From a virus (taxonomy: Duplodnaviria > Caudoviricetes), in the IMG/VR virus record IMGVR_UViG_3300032312_001422, positions 1 through 64,000 of that record: a DNA stretch of 64,000 nucleotides; one strand, written 5' to 3'. The notes beneath the pieces are model-generated. The model was not told where the DNA came from. It worked only from the letters and a program-made list of their open reading frames with translations, and did no database searches. Within the stretch, counting starts at the first letter, position 1. Each line of letters begins with the position of its first letter. Position numbers and translations under genes: made by a program. Below are positions 1 through 10,148 of this stretch, one piece after another.

Positions 1-564
1 AATCAACCCAACAGCTCAATTATATTGAACGCAACTGGTGCTAATCTAAATGCAACCACAGCCAACACATTCACTGTGGCACCTGTCAGAAATGATGTGG
101 CCAATGTGGCTCAGGTTATGTTCTACAACACCATATCAAAAGAAATCACATACGGCAACACTATCAGCATTGCTGGTAATCTTTCAGTTGCTGGCAATGT
201 GGTACAGCAAAGTGCCTACTACGAAACATATGGCAACATAAGCAACACAGGTGGTAACTTGACTTGTAACTTTAATCTTGGCACCACATTTTATGCCGCA
301 TTGACAGCCAACGTAACAGCAAACTTTACCAATGTCAACGCTATCGCAAGCACAGTCTCTGGTGCTACTATCATTGTTGACCAAGGTGCCACAGCATATC
401 GTATTGCCAACGTACAAGTCAATGGTGTTAATCAAACTGTTCGATGGGTTGGAGCTGTTGCTGGAGTAGGCACAGCAAGTAACACAGATATTGTAAGTTT
501 TAGTTTGATACACTTGGGCGGTGGTGCTTATCGTGTGTTGGGTCAACAAAGCAATTATGGGTAA
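1..564 (+). CDS. Virion fibre/structural protein, C-terminal part (5' partial)
   Basis: Frame is open from position 1 into the 25..564 ORF; Asn/Thr/Gly/Val-rich beta-repeat composition; sits upstream of LamG virion genes. Confidence 0.6.
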   Translation, partial: NQPNSSIILNATGANLNATTANTFTVAPVRNDVANVAQVMFYNTISKEITYGNTISIAGNLSVAGNVVQQSAYYETYGNISNTGGNLTCNFNLGTTFYAALTANVTANFTNVNAIASTVSGATIIVDQGATAYRIANVQVNGVNQTVRWVGAVAGVGTASNTDIVSFSLIHLGGGAYRVLGQQSNYG

Positions 565-567
565 CCT

Positions 568-1347
568 ATGAAATTAGGTCGATTTAGTGCAATACATCAA
601 CCGGCACAAAGAGTTTATAAATCTCCTGTGGCTCTAACAACTGTAAATTACACCGCCCTGGCTGGTAGCCTCCAGTTCAACGGAACTAGTCAATTTCTCA
701 GTTTGAGTCCAGGCTTTGCATTGAGCACAGGGGCTTACACCATAGAAGGTTGGTTCTACAACAATGCCAACTATACCTCTACTAGAGCGTTGGTTGCGCC
801 ACAGCACCCCAGTGGCGCCTCAGGTGCCCTAAGCCTATTCACCAATGATGCACAGTCATTCACACTAGACGCATATGGTGGTCTTGGTGTCAGAACTTAT
901 ACTTTTCCCACCAGTACTTTGCAGGTCAACAAGTGGCACTACATCATACTGAATCGCAACAGCGATCAAAGAGAAACCATGTGGATAGGCACCTTTGTCA
1001 ATACCAGTGCCGTTGTAACTTGTAGTCGTGCTACCAGTTGCACAGGCGGCTCCAGTATCAGCGGTGGCACACAGGTCAACACGCTCAATTACTCAGGCGT
1101 GTGCAACAACATAGGCAAATTTTATGGCGGCTATTGGCCTGGCTTTATTACCAACTTTAGAGCCACAGTGGGCACAGCAGTTTACAACAGCACCAGTAGC
1201 ACAGTCACAGCACCAGTAGCACCATTGACTGGCCTGGCTAATAGTAAGTATTTGATGTTGGGTGCGGCTGTGACCACAGACACCTCAGGTACGCAAACTG
1301 TCACAAACAACGGCACAGTAACACAGAGTGCCACCAAACCATTCTAA
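568..1347 (+). CDS. LamG/concanavalin A-like lectin domain virion protein
   Basis: SLQFNG..., YTIEGWFY, NKWHYIILNR, GFITNFR motifs typical of LamG-like phage proteins. Confidence 0.7.
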   Translation: MKLGRFSAIHQPAQRVYKSPVALTTVNYTALAGSLQFNGTSQFLSLSPGFALSTGAYTIEGWFYNNANYTSTRALVAPQHPSGASGALSLFTNDAQSFTLDAYGGLGVRTYTFPTSTLQVNKWHYIILNRNSDQRETMWIGTFVNTSAVVTCSRATSCTGGSSISGGTQVNTLNYSGVCNNIGKFYGGYWPGFITNFRATVGTAVYNSTSSTVTAPVAPLTGLANSKYLMLGAAVTTDTSGTQTVTNNGTVTQSATKPF

Positions 1348-1350
1348 GAT

Positions 1351-2073
1351 TTGGATATTAACATTATGGACATAGGCGGCGGAATTCAAATTGGCAACGG
1401 CATAACGATAACTCGAGAATTGTCTGTGATAACAGCAGGATTGCAATTATACTTGGATGCAGGCCGGTCCGCCAGTTATTCAGGTTCGGGAACCACATGG
1501 ACCGATTTGAGTGGCAATGGCCGTAATGGCACATTGACCAATGGACCAACTTATAGCGCCACAAATGGCGGATCTATTGTGTTTGATGGAACTGATGATT
1601 TTGTTCAATGTTCGGGTTCTGTTACGGCCACGGCAGCAACATTTGTAGCATGGATAAGACGAAACGGAAGTCAAGGTACATATGATGGCATTTTGTCTTC
1701 TAGAGGAACAAGTGTTACTGGAATGCAGTTTTATTCATCCGACCAACTTGGATATGTTTGGAACAATGCTGTCAATACCTACACTTGGAATAGTGGATTA
1801 ACTGTACCAGATTTGACATGGTGTATGATTGCTGTTTCTGTTACCAGCACAGCAGCAACAGCATATCTGTGTCAATCTAGTGGAATCACTTCTGCCACCA
1901 ATACTGTCAGTCATACCAGCACTACTATAGATGATATAAAAATTGGTCAAGAAGAATTTGGTAGTAGATTTTTCACCGGCAACATAGCAATAGCTCAACT
2001 TTACAACACGGCTTTATCAGTTGAACAAGTTTCAGAGAATTTTGCAGCAGACAGAGCAAGGTTTGGAGTATAA
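1351..2073 (+). CDS. LamG/concanavalin A-like lectin domain virion protein
   Basis: GLQLYLDAG...SY.GSGTTWTDLSGNGRNGTL.NGPTY...GGSIVFDG; FTGNIAIAQLYNTALS; real start may be ATG 1366. Confidence 0.8.
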   Translation: MDINIMDIGGGIQIGNGITITRELSVITAGLQLYLDAGRSASYSGSGTTWTDLSGNGRNGTLTNGPTYSATNGGSIVFDGTDDFVQCSGSVTATAATFVAWIRRNGSQGTYDGILSSRGTSVTGMQFYSSDQLGYVWNNAVNTYTWNSGLTVPDLTWCMIAVSVTSTAATAYLCQSSGITSATNTVSHTSTTIDDIKIGQEEFGSRFFTGNIAIAQLYNTALSVEQVSENFAADRARFGV

Positions 2074-2816
2074 TGCCAGGAATAACAATCGGATCAGGAA
2101 TTACACTAACTGGTGGTATCACCATTGTTAGCCCAGTTGAATCCACCTATGTGACCTCAGGTTTACAAATGTTCTGGGATATAGGCAACAGCTCAAGTTA
2201 TCCGGGCACAGGCACAAACATAACTGATTTGTCAGGCAATGGACGTGCAGGAACACTGAGTGGCTCTCCTGTGTATAGTTCGGGCGGCATCACAACAGCA
2301 TCAAGCAAATACATCTACGCACCCAGCAATTTCAACTTGGGCGGTGCTTGGACCATGAGCATTGTCTCTAAAACCAGTCTAACACAACCACAGTACTGGG
2401 CTGTAATGTGGGGCAACGAAGCCTGGTCCAGCACTGGATATCTTGCGTACCAACCGTCAACCTCATCATTGGTCTTTGGCAGACCGTCCAGTAGCGTTAC
2501 CTGGTCAACAACACAAGCGGCCATTCAAGGCAACAACACAGCTTGGGATTTTACCTATGATGGCACAACTGTAAAATTATACAAAAATGGTGACGCAACT
2601 CCGGTGGCCAGCGGTGCAATGGGTGTTGCCACAGCCAGCTCTGCAGGTATATTCTTTGGAGCAAGACACGTCAACGGTGGCGGACCAACACCAACAGACT
2701 TTTCGGCAACTACCTTTTACCAAGTTCGTGTGTACAACCGTGCATTAACCACAACCGAAATAGCAGATAACTATACCACAGTTAAGACACAATATTCAGC
2801 ACTGGCATTGCCGTAA
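2073..2816 (+). CDS. LamG/concanavalin A-like lectin domain virion protein
   Basis: Paralog of the previous ORF (GLQMFWDIG..SSYPGTGT..TDLSGNGR.GTL; VRVYNRALT). Confidence 0.8.
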   Translation: MPGITIGSGITLTGGITIVSPVESTYVTSGLQMFWDIGNSSSYPGTGTNITDLSGNGRAGTLSGSPVYSSGGITTASSKYIYAPSNFNLGGAWTMSIVSKTSLTQPQYWAVMWGNEAWSSTGYLAYQPSTSSLVFGRPSSSVTWSTTQAAIQGNNTAWDFTYDGTTVKLYKNGDATPVASGAMGVATASSAGIFFGARHVNGGGPTPTDFSATTFYQVRVYNRALTTTEIADNYTTVKTQYSALALP

Positions 2817-2819
2817 AAT

Positions 2820-2848
2820 TTGACCTAGCCCAAAAATTCTGCTATACT
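2820..2848 (+). promoter_or_regulatory. sigma70-type promoter for primase-helicase
   Basis: TTGACC-17 nt-TATACT. Confidence 0.7.
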
Positions 2849-2855
2849 AGCAGGA

Positions 2856-3890
2856 ATGTTGAACTCTATTCGCGACGCAGTCGTCCAAATATTACCGCAC
2901 AAACGTAAAACCAACTCCAGTTCGGGTTGGATCAGTTTCAACGGAGTATGTTGCTCACACAATGGCGAGTCAGTAGACACACGTGGTCGCGGTGGACTGG
3001 TCATGAATGCCGATGGCGGTGTCAGCTATCACTGTTTCAATTGCAACTTCAAAGCCAGTTATGTTCCCGGTCGGCACTTGACCTACAAGTTTCGTAAACT
3101 GTTATCGTGGTTGGGTGCAGACGAAGGCACAGTAAAACGCCTAGTTATAGATGCTATCCGCATACGTGAACTGGTAGCTCCAGAAACATTGATAGAAGCA
3201 GCAGAGCAAGAAGAAATCAATTTCAAAGCTCGGCCCTTGCCAGAAGAAGCACAATCATTTCACGCATTGAGTAATTTTTATACTTTAAATGATGATAAAA
3301 ATGTGCCCAAGGAATTTCACAATGCTGTACTATACTCGGCCACACGCAAGATAGATTTAAGACGGTATGAATTTTATTGGACTCCAGAAACACAGTACAA
3401 TTTGAATCGTCGTGTGATTGTGCCGTTTACTTGGCGGAATCAAATCATTGGCTACACAGCTAGAACATTTGACGAGACGGTCAAGCCCAAGTATCACAAC
3501 AGTCACGAACCCAACTATGTGTTCAATGTGGATCGACAGCCGAAGGATGCCCGTTTTGTTATAGTGGTCGAAGGGCCGTTTGATGCCATGGCCATTGATG
3601 GTGTTGCAATACTTGGTAATGAGTGTCACGAGACTCAGGCCGACATCATTGACAGTTTGGGACGTGAAGTCATTGTGGTGCCTGATGCAGATCGGGCAGG
3701 TGCTCGGTTAGTTGACACAGCGGTAGAATATGGATGGACTGTGAGTTTTCCTGTATGGCAAGAAACACACAAAGACGTTGCCAGTGCAGTAGCGGCATTT
3801 GGTAAATTGTTTGTGATTAAAACAATATTAGAAGCTAGACAATCGAACCGATTAAAAATTGAACTACGCAAAAAGAAAATATATAATTAA
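2856..3890 (+). CDS. DNA primase (T4 gp61-like)
   Basis: N-terminal Zn-binding C/H residues (VCC..YHCFNC); Toprim motifs VVEGPFDA and PDAD; adjacent to helicase. Confidence 0.9.
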   Translation: MLNSIRDAVVQILPHKRKTNSSSGWISFNGVCCSHNGESVDTRGRGGLVMNADGGVSYHCFNCNFKASYVPGRHLTYKFRKLLSWLGADEGTVKRLVIDAIRIRELVAPETLIEAAEQEEINFKARPLPEEAQSFHALSNFYTLNDDKNVPKEFHNAVLYSATRKIDLRRYEFYWTPETQYNLNRRVIVPFTWRNQIIGYTARTFDETVKPKYHNSHEPNYVFNVDRQPKDARFVIVVEGPFDAMAIDGVAILGNECHETQADIIDSLGREVIVVPDADRAGARLVDTAVEYGWTVSFPVWQETHKDVASAVAAFGKLFVIKTILEARQSNRLKIELRKKKIYN

Positions 3891-3892
3891 CT

Positions 3893-5311
3893 ATGACAGA
3901 CTATACACCTGAAATACAAAAACTATTTTTAGAAATGATGATGCAGGACGCACAGAGTTATGTGCGGGTGCAAAACATTTATAACCCAGAAAACTTTGAT
4001 AGAAGTTTACGAGATGTGGCCAAGTTTATTGCCACGCACTCGGCCGAATATAAAACACTTCCCACATACGAACAGATCAAGGCAGTAACTGGCATAGAGC
4101 TTAAACCTATTCCCACAGCCATTGATGGACATCAAGAATGGTTTATGCAGGAGTTTGAAGGCTTCAGCCGCAAGGAAGAACTGAGCAGAGCCATTCTCAA
4201 AGCCGCTGACTTATTGGAAGAAGGCGACTACGATCCTGTAGAAAAACTGATCAAAGACGCAGTACAAATATCATTGACCAAAGACTTGGGTACAGATTAC
4301 TTTGCTGATCCCAAAGCACGTATTGACCGGTATTACAACTCAGGCGGACAGGTGAGTACAGGCTGGCCAACTATGGACAAGATCTTGTACGGCGGTATGA
4401 GTCGTGGCGAACTAAACATTTTTGCTGGTGGTTCAGGATCAGGCAAGAGTTTGGTTATGATGAACATAGCACTCAGTTGGTTACAAGCGGGACTGTCGGG
4501 TGTATATGTGAGTTTAGAACTGAGTGAAGAACTTGTGGCCCTAAGAACAGATGCCATGTTGACTAGTACAGGTACAAAAGACATTCGCAAAGACATTGAA
4601 ACCACAGAACTCAAAGTCAAGATGGTGGGCAAGAAGTCTGGCAAGTATCGTATTAAAGCATTACCAGCACAAAGCAACGTAAATGACATCCGTAGCTTTA
4701 TCAAAGAATATCAAATACAAACCAACAACAAAGTAGACTTTGTCATGGTCGACTACTTGGATTTGGTAATGCCAGTCAGTGTCAAAGTCAATCCCAATGA
4801 TCAGTTTATCAAAGACAAATATGTGGCAGAAGAACTGCGTAATTTATCGCAAGAACTCAATGTGTTGTTTGTGACAGCTTCGCAGTTGAATCGTAGTGCA
4901 GTAGAAGAAATAGAATTTGACCACAGTCATATTGCTGGTGGTATCAGTAAGATCAACACAGCAGACAACGTGTTTGGTATTTTTACAAGTCGTGCTATGA
5001 AAGAACGTGGACGATATCAAATCCAGTGTATGAAAAGTCGTAGTAGTACAGGTGTTGGTATGAAGATTGACCTGGAGTACAATATTGAAACTATGCGTAT
5101 TACAGATCCGGGTGAAGAAGGGCAAGAAAGCTCGCATGGGCAATTTAGACCTGCGGCCAATATCCTAAATCAACTCAAACCCACAACCACACTTAATCCA
5201 GTGGTCAAAGAAGGATGGAACCTAGAAAAAGATACTGCACCACCTCCGGGCTCCAGTGTAGAAAGCAATAAATTAAAGCAAATGATTGCTGGCCTTAAGT
5301 CTAGGGAATAG
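3893..5311 (+). CDS. Replicative DnaB-like helicase (T4 gp41-like)
   Basis: Walker A GGSGSGKS, SLEL, VDYLD, TASQLNR, HIAGGISK motifs. Confidence 0.95.
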   Translation: MTDYTPEIQKLFLEMMMQDAQSYVRVQNIYNPENFDRSLRDVAKFIATHSAEYKTLPTYEQIKAVTGIELKPIPTAIDGHQEWFMQEFEGFSRKEELSRAILKAADLLEEGDYDPVEKLIKDAVQISLTKDLGTDYFADPKARIDRYYNSGGQVSTGWPTMDKILYGGMSRGELNIFAGGSGSGKSLVMMNIALSWLQAGLSGVYVSLELSEELVALRTDAMLTSTGTKDIRKDIETTELKVKMVGKKSGKYRIKALPAQSNVNDIRSFIKEYQIQTNNKVDFVMVDYLDLVMPVSVKVNPNDQFIKDKYVAEELRNLSQELNVLFVTASQLNRSAVEEIEFDHSHIAGGISKINTADNVFGIFTSRAMKERGRYQIQCMKSRSSTGVGMKIDLEYNIETMRITDPGEEGQESSHGQFRPAANILNQLKPTTTLNPVVKEGWNLEKDTAPPPGSSVESNKLKQMIAGLKSRE

Positions 5312-6371
5312 ATGCCAGTTGACAAAATTCAGGAAGATAATCGTGTATGCTGATGTCTTTTACAGAATCTTGTATGTGAACTATTTCTAATAGTTTTTTA
5401 AAATCTGCGTCATCTTGCTCAGTGTGTACGGTACCTAATAGAAATTCTAAATCCTTGGTAAGACCATATTTGCTAACAAGTTTATCTTTGACTGCTCGAG
5501 GTAATGCAGCTGGCCTAAAATGTCCTGGGTTAATCACTGGATTGAAATGATAATTCAAATTATTTTGATTGAACCATTCAATTGTGTCATGATGATACAT
5601 AACATTTAGATTACTAGTGGTATAGCTAACGCTGATGTTTTTGGTAATGGTTCTAAAAAAATCTAAATTCTCTAATAGCTTGTCCCATTTGAGTGGGTAC
5701 CGCATATATTCGAATACCGGACCAACTCCGTCAATACTCAAATTAAAGTTGAGATTTTTAAATTGTGCAAATATAGATTTTTGATTTGCATTTAGAGCAA
5801 CAGATCCATTGGTGGTGACAGCAATAAAACAATTGGTATTGCCATGTTCCAGTAGTTTTTCTAGTATGTAAAAATTCAGTTTTTCGTACAGGGGTTCGCC
5901 ACCAACCAAATTAAGCATTACTAAATTTTTATAATCTAAATTGTCATCAATTTGTTCTTGGGTCATTGATTCCGACACAGCAGGAACTAATCCAATTTTT
6001 TTCTCTAACGGCGCCCAGGCACTAGATGGACCAGAACCACAAGTGACACAGGTACTGTTGCAGGTATTGCTGGTACTGTTTTTGATCATAATGGGCTGAT
6101 ACTGCCCGTCACGAACTTGCTGTTCAATAAATTTGATATCTTTGTCTAGGTAAAAATCCAATGCGGAATTTTTAAGTTTGCGATCACTGATTAGCCCGGC
6201 ATCTTCTAGTTTCCAACAGGCTGAACAAAATGGAGATTTTTGTTTGGATAAAATGTCATTTCTTAGAGAATCTATGTTATAATCTTTAGGTAGCAAACAA
6301 CAATGTGTGCCTTTGCCTTTGGTTTGAAATTCGTAGCCAAAAAATGGTAATACACAGAAATAATCGTTCAT
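5301..6371 (-). CDS. Radical SAM enzyme
   Basis: CxxxCxxC (CNSTCVTC), GGEPL, TTNGS, LSIDG, extra Cys cluster at the N-terminus; own TAAATA on the minus strand near 6378-6383. Confidence 0.9.
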   Translation of the reverse strand: MNDYFCVLPFFGYEFQTKGKGTHCCLLPKDYNIDSLRNDILSKQKSPFCSACWKLEDAGLISDRKLKNSALDFYLDKDIKFIEQQVRDGQYQPIMIKNSTSNTCNSTCVTCGSGPSSAWAPLEKKIGLVPAVSESMTQEQIDDNLDYKNLVMLNLVGGEPLYEKLNFYILEKLLEHGNTNCFIAVTTNGSVALNANQKSIFAQFKNLNFNLSIDGVGPVFEYMRYPLKWDKLLENLDFFRTITKNISVSYTTSNLNVMYHHDTIEWFNQNNLNYHFNPVINPGHFRPAALPRAVKDKLVSKYGLTKDLEFLLGTVHTEQDDADFKKLLEIVHIQDSVKDISIHDYLPEFCQLASIP

Positions 6372-6445
6372 AGATAGTATTTACAAAAATTAACATATCG
6401 TTTTAAATATTTCAACACATAAATACTACATTACTGGAGCATATC

Positions 6446-6694
6446 TTGCAAAAGCGAGCACGTAGCATACTTGACGAATTAGACACCATGTTGGTACACA
6501 AAGATCGTGAGAATCTTGTGGAAAGTCGTGCCTCTAATGTGATCGCCGGTGCTATAAACTTGATCAATTACATACGTGAAAACTATGAGCCCGAATCGGC
6601 TGCAGAGCTAGAACGTAGACTGATCAACAGTATCCGCACCCAAGAGCCAGACAAATTCAAACGCGGTGTTAGGAAAATAAAACGTGAAGATTAA
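6446..6694 (+). CDS. Hypothetical protein
   Basis: TTG start after GGAG; TAAATA at about 6420. Confidence 0.7.
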   Translation: MQKRARSILDELDTMLVHKDRENLVESRASNVIAGAINLINYIRENYEPESAAELERRLINSIRTQEPDKFKRGVRKIKRED

Positions 6695-7256
6695 AGATGT
6701 AATTCAAGAAAGTGCATACGATTGGTTTACCCAGCGTTCAGCAGCTCGTACCCAGGCCAACAGCCAACAGAAAGATACAGATCTTACTATGGCCACCACT
6801 GGACTTTTAAAGAAAGCTGTTGCTTTTTTTCAAGGAGGCGGTCCTGCACTAACATCGCAAGATCAGCAAATGATCGCTCAAATTGATCAAGCCAGAAAAA
6901 CTGCCAACCAACCGGCAATTGATTGGCGAACTGGCAAAGTTGTAGAACCAACAGGGCCATCTCAAATGGTACAACAATATAAATTGTACAGTCGGGATCC
7001 GTTGATTTATAATTTTAAAAATATATATTTTACTGTAAACAATCAAGACCAGTGGGTTTTCTATAACCCTACAACCAAAACTGTACAAGCAGGAGTAGAT
7101 GCTGTTACAGCCAAGTTGTTGACACAGGCCACTGCTAGAGATGGCATTGAACTTGGGTTAAATGCTCCGCAAAAACACAATGCCCCTGTAGTACAACCTG
7201 CTACCCCTTCTGCACAAGTTTTTAGAACCAATCCTGCACGAACCGGAGCCCAGTAA
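6684..7256 (+). CDS. Hypothetical protein with MKIKDVIQES N-terminus (possible internal head protein)
   Basis: ORF in tight operon; N-terminal motif shared with neighbours. Confidence 0.6.
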   Translation: MKIKDVIQESAYDWFTQRSAARTQANSQQKDTDLTMATTGLLKKAVAFFQGGGPALTSQDQQMIAQIDQARKTANQPAIDWRTGKVVEPTGPSQMVQQYKLYSRDPLIYNFKNIYFTVNNQDQWVFYNPTTKTVQAGVDAVTAKLLTQATARDGIELGLNAPQKHNAPVVQPATPSAQVFRTNPARTGAQ

Positions 7257-8024
7257 ATGTTGTATCTTTACGAAGGTGGCAACGTATTTGACAACACAGA
7301 ACCTGTGGCCAAAGAAGATGTGCCTACAGTGGTCGGTACTGTCACAAGAGAACTTCCCAGTGGATTAAAAGCCATTGCTGATATCGGTTCGGCTGGATAC
7401 AAAGTAGAGTCCGGCGACATTGATCTATTCTTGGATGAGAAGGCTACATTAAAAAACTTTGGTGCTGAAGACGCTGTGCAAGGAAAAAAATCTCTAGCAC
7501 AGTATTTTCAAGCCAAAGGCTACGATGCAAAAATTAAAGGACGCAATGTTCACGTTGATGTTCCTTATACAGCTCAACGTGATGGCAAACAACGCTTTGG
7601 TCAGGTTGACCTAATGGTCATACCCAATGCTAAAAAGGTTGCCGACTGGCATCAGCATGGCCCACGTGGCATGTATACAGATCCCAATTTCAAAGGTGCC
7701 CATTTGTTTATGCTATTGAACAGCATTGGCAAGTTTCTAGGTTTAAAAGTGGATGCATTTGGCGGTGTGGTCATGCGACGTGATGACAACACAGTGGTTG
7801 CAGACAATCGTGAAGCGGCTGCCAAACTGTTGCTAAATCCCGGAGCTCACGCCGCAGACTTAAATTCTGTTGCCACAGTATTAGCGGCACTCAAAGGCGA
7901 TCCCGATCGTGAAGGCAAACTGGCACAGGCCAAACAAGATCAGGCCAAAGGTCAGCTGACCCTGCCCGAGGATGTCACTCCAGGAAGTGCCGCATGGTTT
8001 AGAACTATGGGACACAACCTATGA
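7257..8024 (+). CDS. Pol-beta superfamily nucleotidyltransferase
   Basis: IGSAG...SGDIDL (GS-x-DxD) plus third acidic residue in QVDLM. Confidence 0.75.
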   Translation: MLYLYEGGNVFDNTEPVAKEDVPTVVGTVTRELPSGLKAIADIGSAGYKVESGDIDLFLDEKATLKNFGAEDAVQGKKSLAQYFQAKGYDAKIKGRNVHVDVPYTAQRDGKQRFGQVDLMVIPNAKKVADWHQHGPRGMYTDPNFKGAHLFMLLNSIGKFLGLKVDAFGGVVMRRDDNTVVADNREAAAKLLLNPGAHAADLNSVATVLAALKGDPDREGKLAQAKQDQAKGQLTLPEDVTPGSAAWFRTMGHNL

Positions 8025-9097
8025 GATTAGATTTTGTTGATTTCTTATTTGAAGGTACTGCGGACAATCCCAGAATACCCCATCCTGAAAATGCTATCTT
8101 TACCAGTAGTGCCGAAGCCAAACGAGCAGTTGACACTCTCAAAGAAATTATCACCAACCCAGAACAAGTAACAATCAAGTGGGACGGCGAAGTAGCACTA
8201 TTCTTTGGCCGCGACGCTCGAGGACAGTTCTTTTGTTCAGACAAGTACATGTATCCAAAAGGCATATTGGCTCATAGTGTACAAGACTGGATTGCATACG
8301 ATACAAATAAAAAGTCTGGAACCCAACGTCCAGATTTATATAAAAAACTTGAAATCATATGGACTAGCTTAGAACAAAGTGTTGGCACACAGCCAGTGAC
8401 TTTTAAAGGCGACTATTTTACTTTGTCCAATCCCGTAAAAGGAAATTATGTTTTGAGTGGGCCCACAGCACAATATGCGATACCGGTCAACAGCAAAGCA
8501 GGTCAGGCACTGGCAGGTAAAAATGCAGTGATATTTGTACACAGCATGAATGAAAAACCCTGGAACGGTGAAGGACTGGAAGGCTCTGGCAACGTGGCCT
8601 TGTTGGGACCAAATATAGATAATCAATTTGGACTAGGCACCTATGATAGACAGCTCACGCAACTGTACAAAAATGCAGAAACAATTCTCAGTCAATACGG
8701 AAATCTAGTAGATACTTTTTTAAATCAATTGGGCACTAAATCCGCTCGGGCAAAACTAGAACAGTATTTCAATCAAAAAATAACACGCCAGACCGATCTA
8801 TCAGTAGACGAGTGGCTAAAACAAAACGATCCTGCTAACTATAAAAAACTAATAGGTGACAATCAAGGCGGTATTTTATACAGAAACACCCAGGGCTGGA
8901 ACGCTCTTAAAATGATTTATAACAGCATTTATCAACTAAAAGACTACCTAGATCGAGTATTTACACAGCAGGTTAAAAACATAGCTATGTCTACCCCAGG
9001 CGGTGCTGGAGGGGAAGGGTTTGTATTTAATAGTCCCACACAAGGCCCTTATAAGCTGGTCAGCACGGGGTTTAGACAAAGTCATTTCAACAAATAA
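8021..9097 (+). CDS. RNA-ligase-like covalent nucleotidyltransferase (ATP-grasp)
   Basis: Motif I KWDG, III FKGD, IV EGFVF, V YKLV; no OB domain follows. Confidence 0.65.
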   Translation: MRLDFVDFLFEGTADNPRIPHPENAIFTSSAEAKRAVDTLKEIITNPEQVTIKWDGEVALFFGRDARGQFFCSDKYMYPKGILAHSVQDWIAYDTNKKSGTQRPDLYKKLEIIWTSLEQSVGTQPVTFKGDYFTLSNPVKGNYVLSGPTAQYAIPVNSKAGQALAGKNAVIFVHSMNEKPWNGEGLEGSGNVALLGPNIDNQFGLGTYDRQLTQLYKNAETILSQYGNLVDTFLNQLGTKSARAKLEQYFNQKITRQTDLSVDEWLKQNDPANYKKLIGDNQGGILYRNTQGWNALKMIYNSIYQLKDYLDRVFTQQVKNIAMSTPGGAGGEGFVFNSPTQGPYKLVSTGFRQSHFNK

Positions 9098-9156
9098 CAT
9101 CAACTTGTATAAATAAATGTATGCGTGATTCGCAAATAAATTAAGGAGATTTAAAA

Positions 9157-9579
9157 ATGGCAATCCAAACAAGATTCAAAGGTACATCAGAAGCAGTTAA
9201 GAACGTTGGCGCACAAAGTATTCAAGCTAACGCTGCAATCATCAACGTTGGTCTAAACTCACCAATCGCTGCTTACAAAATTGGCACACTAGGTGCAACA
9301 AGTAACTTGGCCGCTGAACTAGGTCGTGGCACAAACGGTACAGCAGGTGCTGTTGAGACAATTCTTGCTACAATTTCTGCTAATGCAACTATTGTTGCTT
9401 ATCAAGTTGACGCAGCTGCTCAATCACAGTTGAGCGTTATTGTTGAGCGTTCAAGCTGGGTAGATGACACATCATTGCAAAACGCAATCCGTGCTCTAGG
9501 TTCTAATATTGGTGCATTTAGTACAGTTAACTGCTCTAGTGCAGCTGTTACAAGTACTGGTGGTATCAAGCTAGCCTAA
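9157..9579 (+). CDS. Small structural protein (decoration-like), paralog 1
   Basis: Strong SD AAGGAG, TAAATA upstream, Ala/Gly/Thr-rich; clear paralog of 9683..10099. Confidence 0.6.
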   Translation: MAIQTRFKGTSEAVKNVGAQSIQANAAIINVGLNSPIAAYKIGTLGATSNLAAELGRGTNGTAGAVETILATISANATIVAYQVDAAAQSQLSVIVERSSWVDDTSLQNAIRALGSNIGAFSTVNCSSAAVTSTGGIKLA

Positions 9580-9598
9580 TAGTTTAACAACTATAAAC

Positions 9599-9626
9599 AA
9601 AAAAGCGTACCCAGTACGCTTTTTTT
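9599..9626 (+). terminator. Rho-independent terminator
   Basis: AAAAAAGCGTAC-CCA-GTACGCTTTTTT. Confidence 0.85.
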
Positions 9627-9682
9627 GTGGCCGGCATAAATATTGTTATGCGTAACACGCAAATATATTAAGGAGATTTAAA

Positions 9683-10099
9683 ATGGCAATTTTTACACGT
9701 CGTGCAGGTGATGCACAACAAGTTCGCAACGTTGGTACTTATGGTACACTAAACGCAAACGCACAAATCATCAACACTGGTTTGAATGCACCGGTTACAT
9801 GTTTCAAAGTTTCATTCATTGCTGGTACAGCAAACTTAGCAGCTGAGCTAGGTACAGGCGGTGCAGTAGAAACAATTATCCGTACATTGAGTAGTAATGC
9901 TCAACCAGTTATGTATCAAATTGATGCTGGTACAAGTGGCGCACAACAAGTTAGTATTCTAGCTGAACGTAGTGCTATGACTGCAGCTGAACTACAAACA
10001 ATCCTACAAGCCAGTGGTAACATTGGTGGTGCAGGTAACGTTTATGGTGGTGCAGCTCAAGTTACTGTAACTAGTTCCGGTGGTTTCAAACTAGCCTAA
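9683..10099 (+). CDS. Small structural protein (decoration-like), paralog 2
   Basis: Shares NLAAELG..GAVE, YQ(V/I)DA, ERS and terminal GG.KLA with paralog 1. Confidence 0.6.
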   Translation: MAIFTRRAGDAQQVRNVGTYGTLNANAQIINTGLNAPVTCFKVSFIAGTANLAAELGTGGAVETIIRTLSSNAQPVMYQIDAGTSGAQQVSILAERSAMTAAELQTILQASGNIGGAGNVYGGAAQVTVTSSGGFKLA

Positions 10100-10121
10100 T
10101 AGTTTAACTACTATAAACAAA

Positions 10122-10148
10122 AGAAGCACTTTAATCGGTGCTTTTTTT
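10122..10148 (+). terminator. Rho-independent terminator
   Basis: AAGCAC...GTGCTT stem followed by a T run. Confidence 0.75.
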
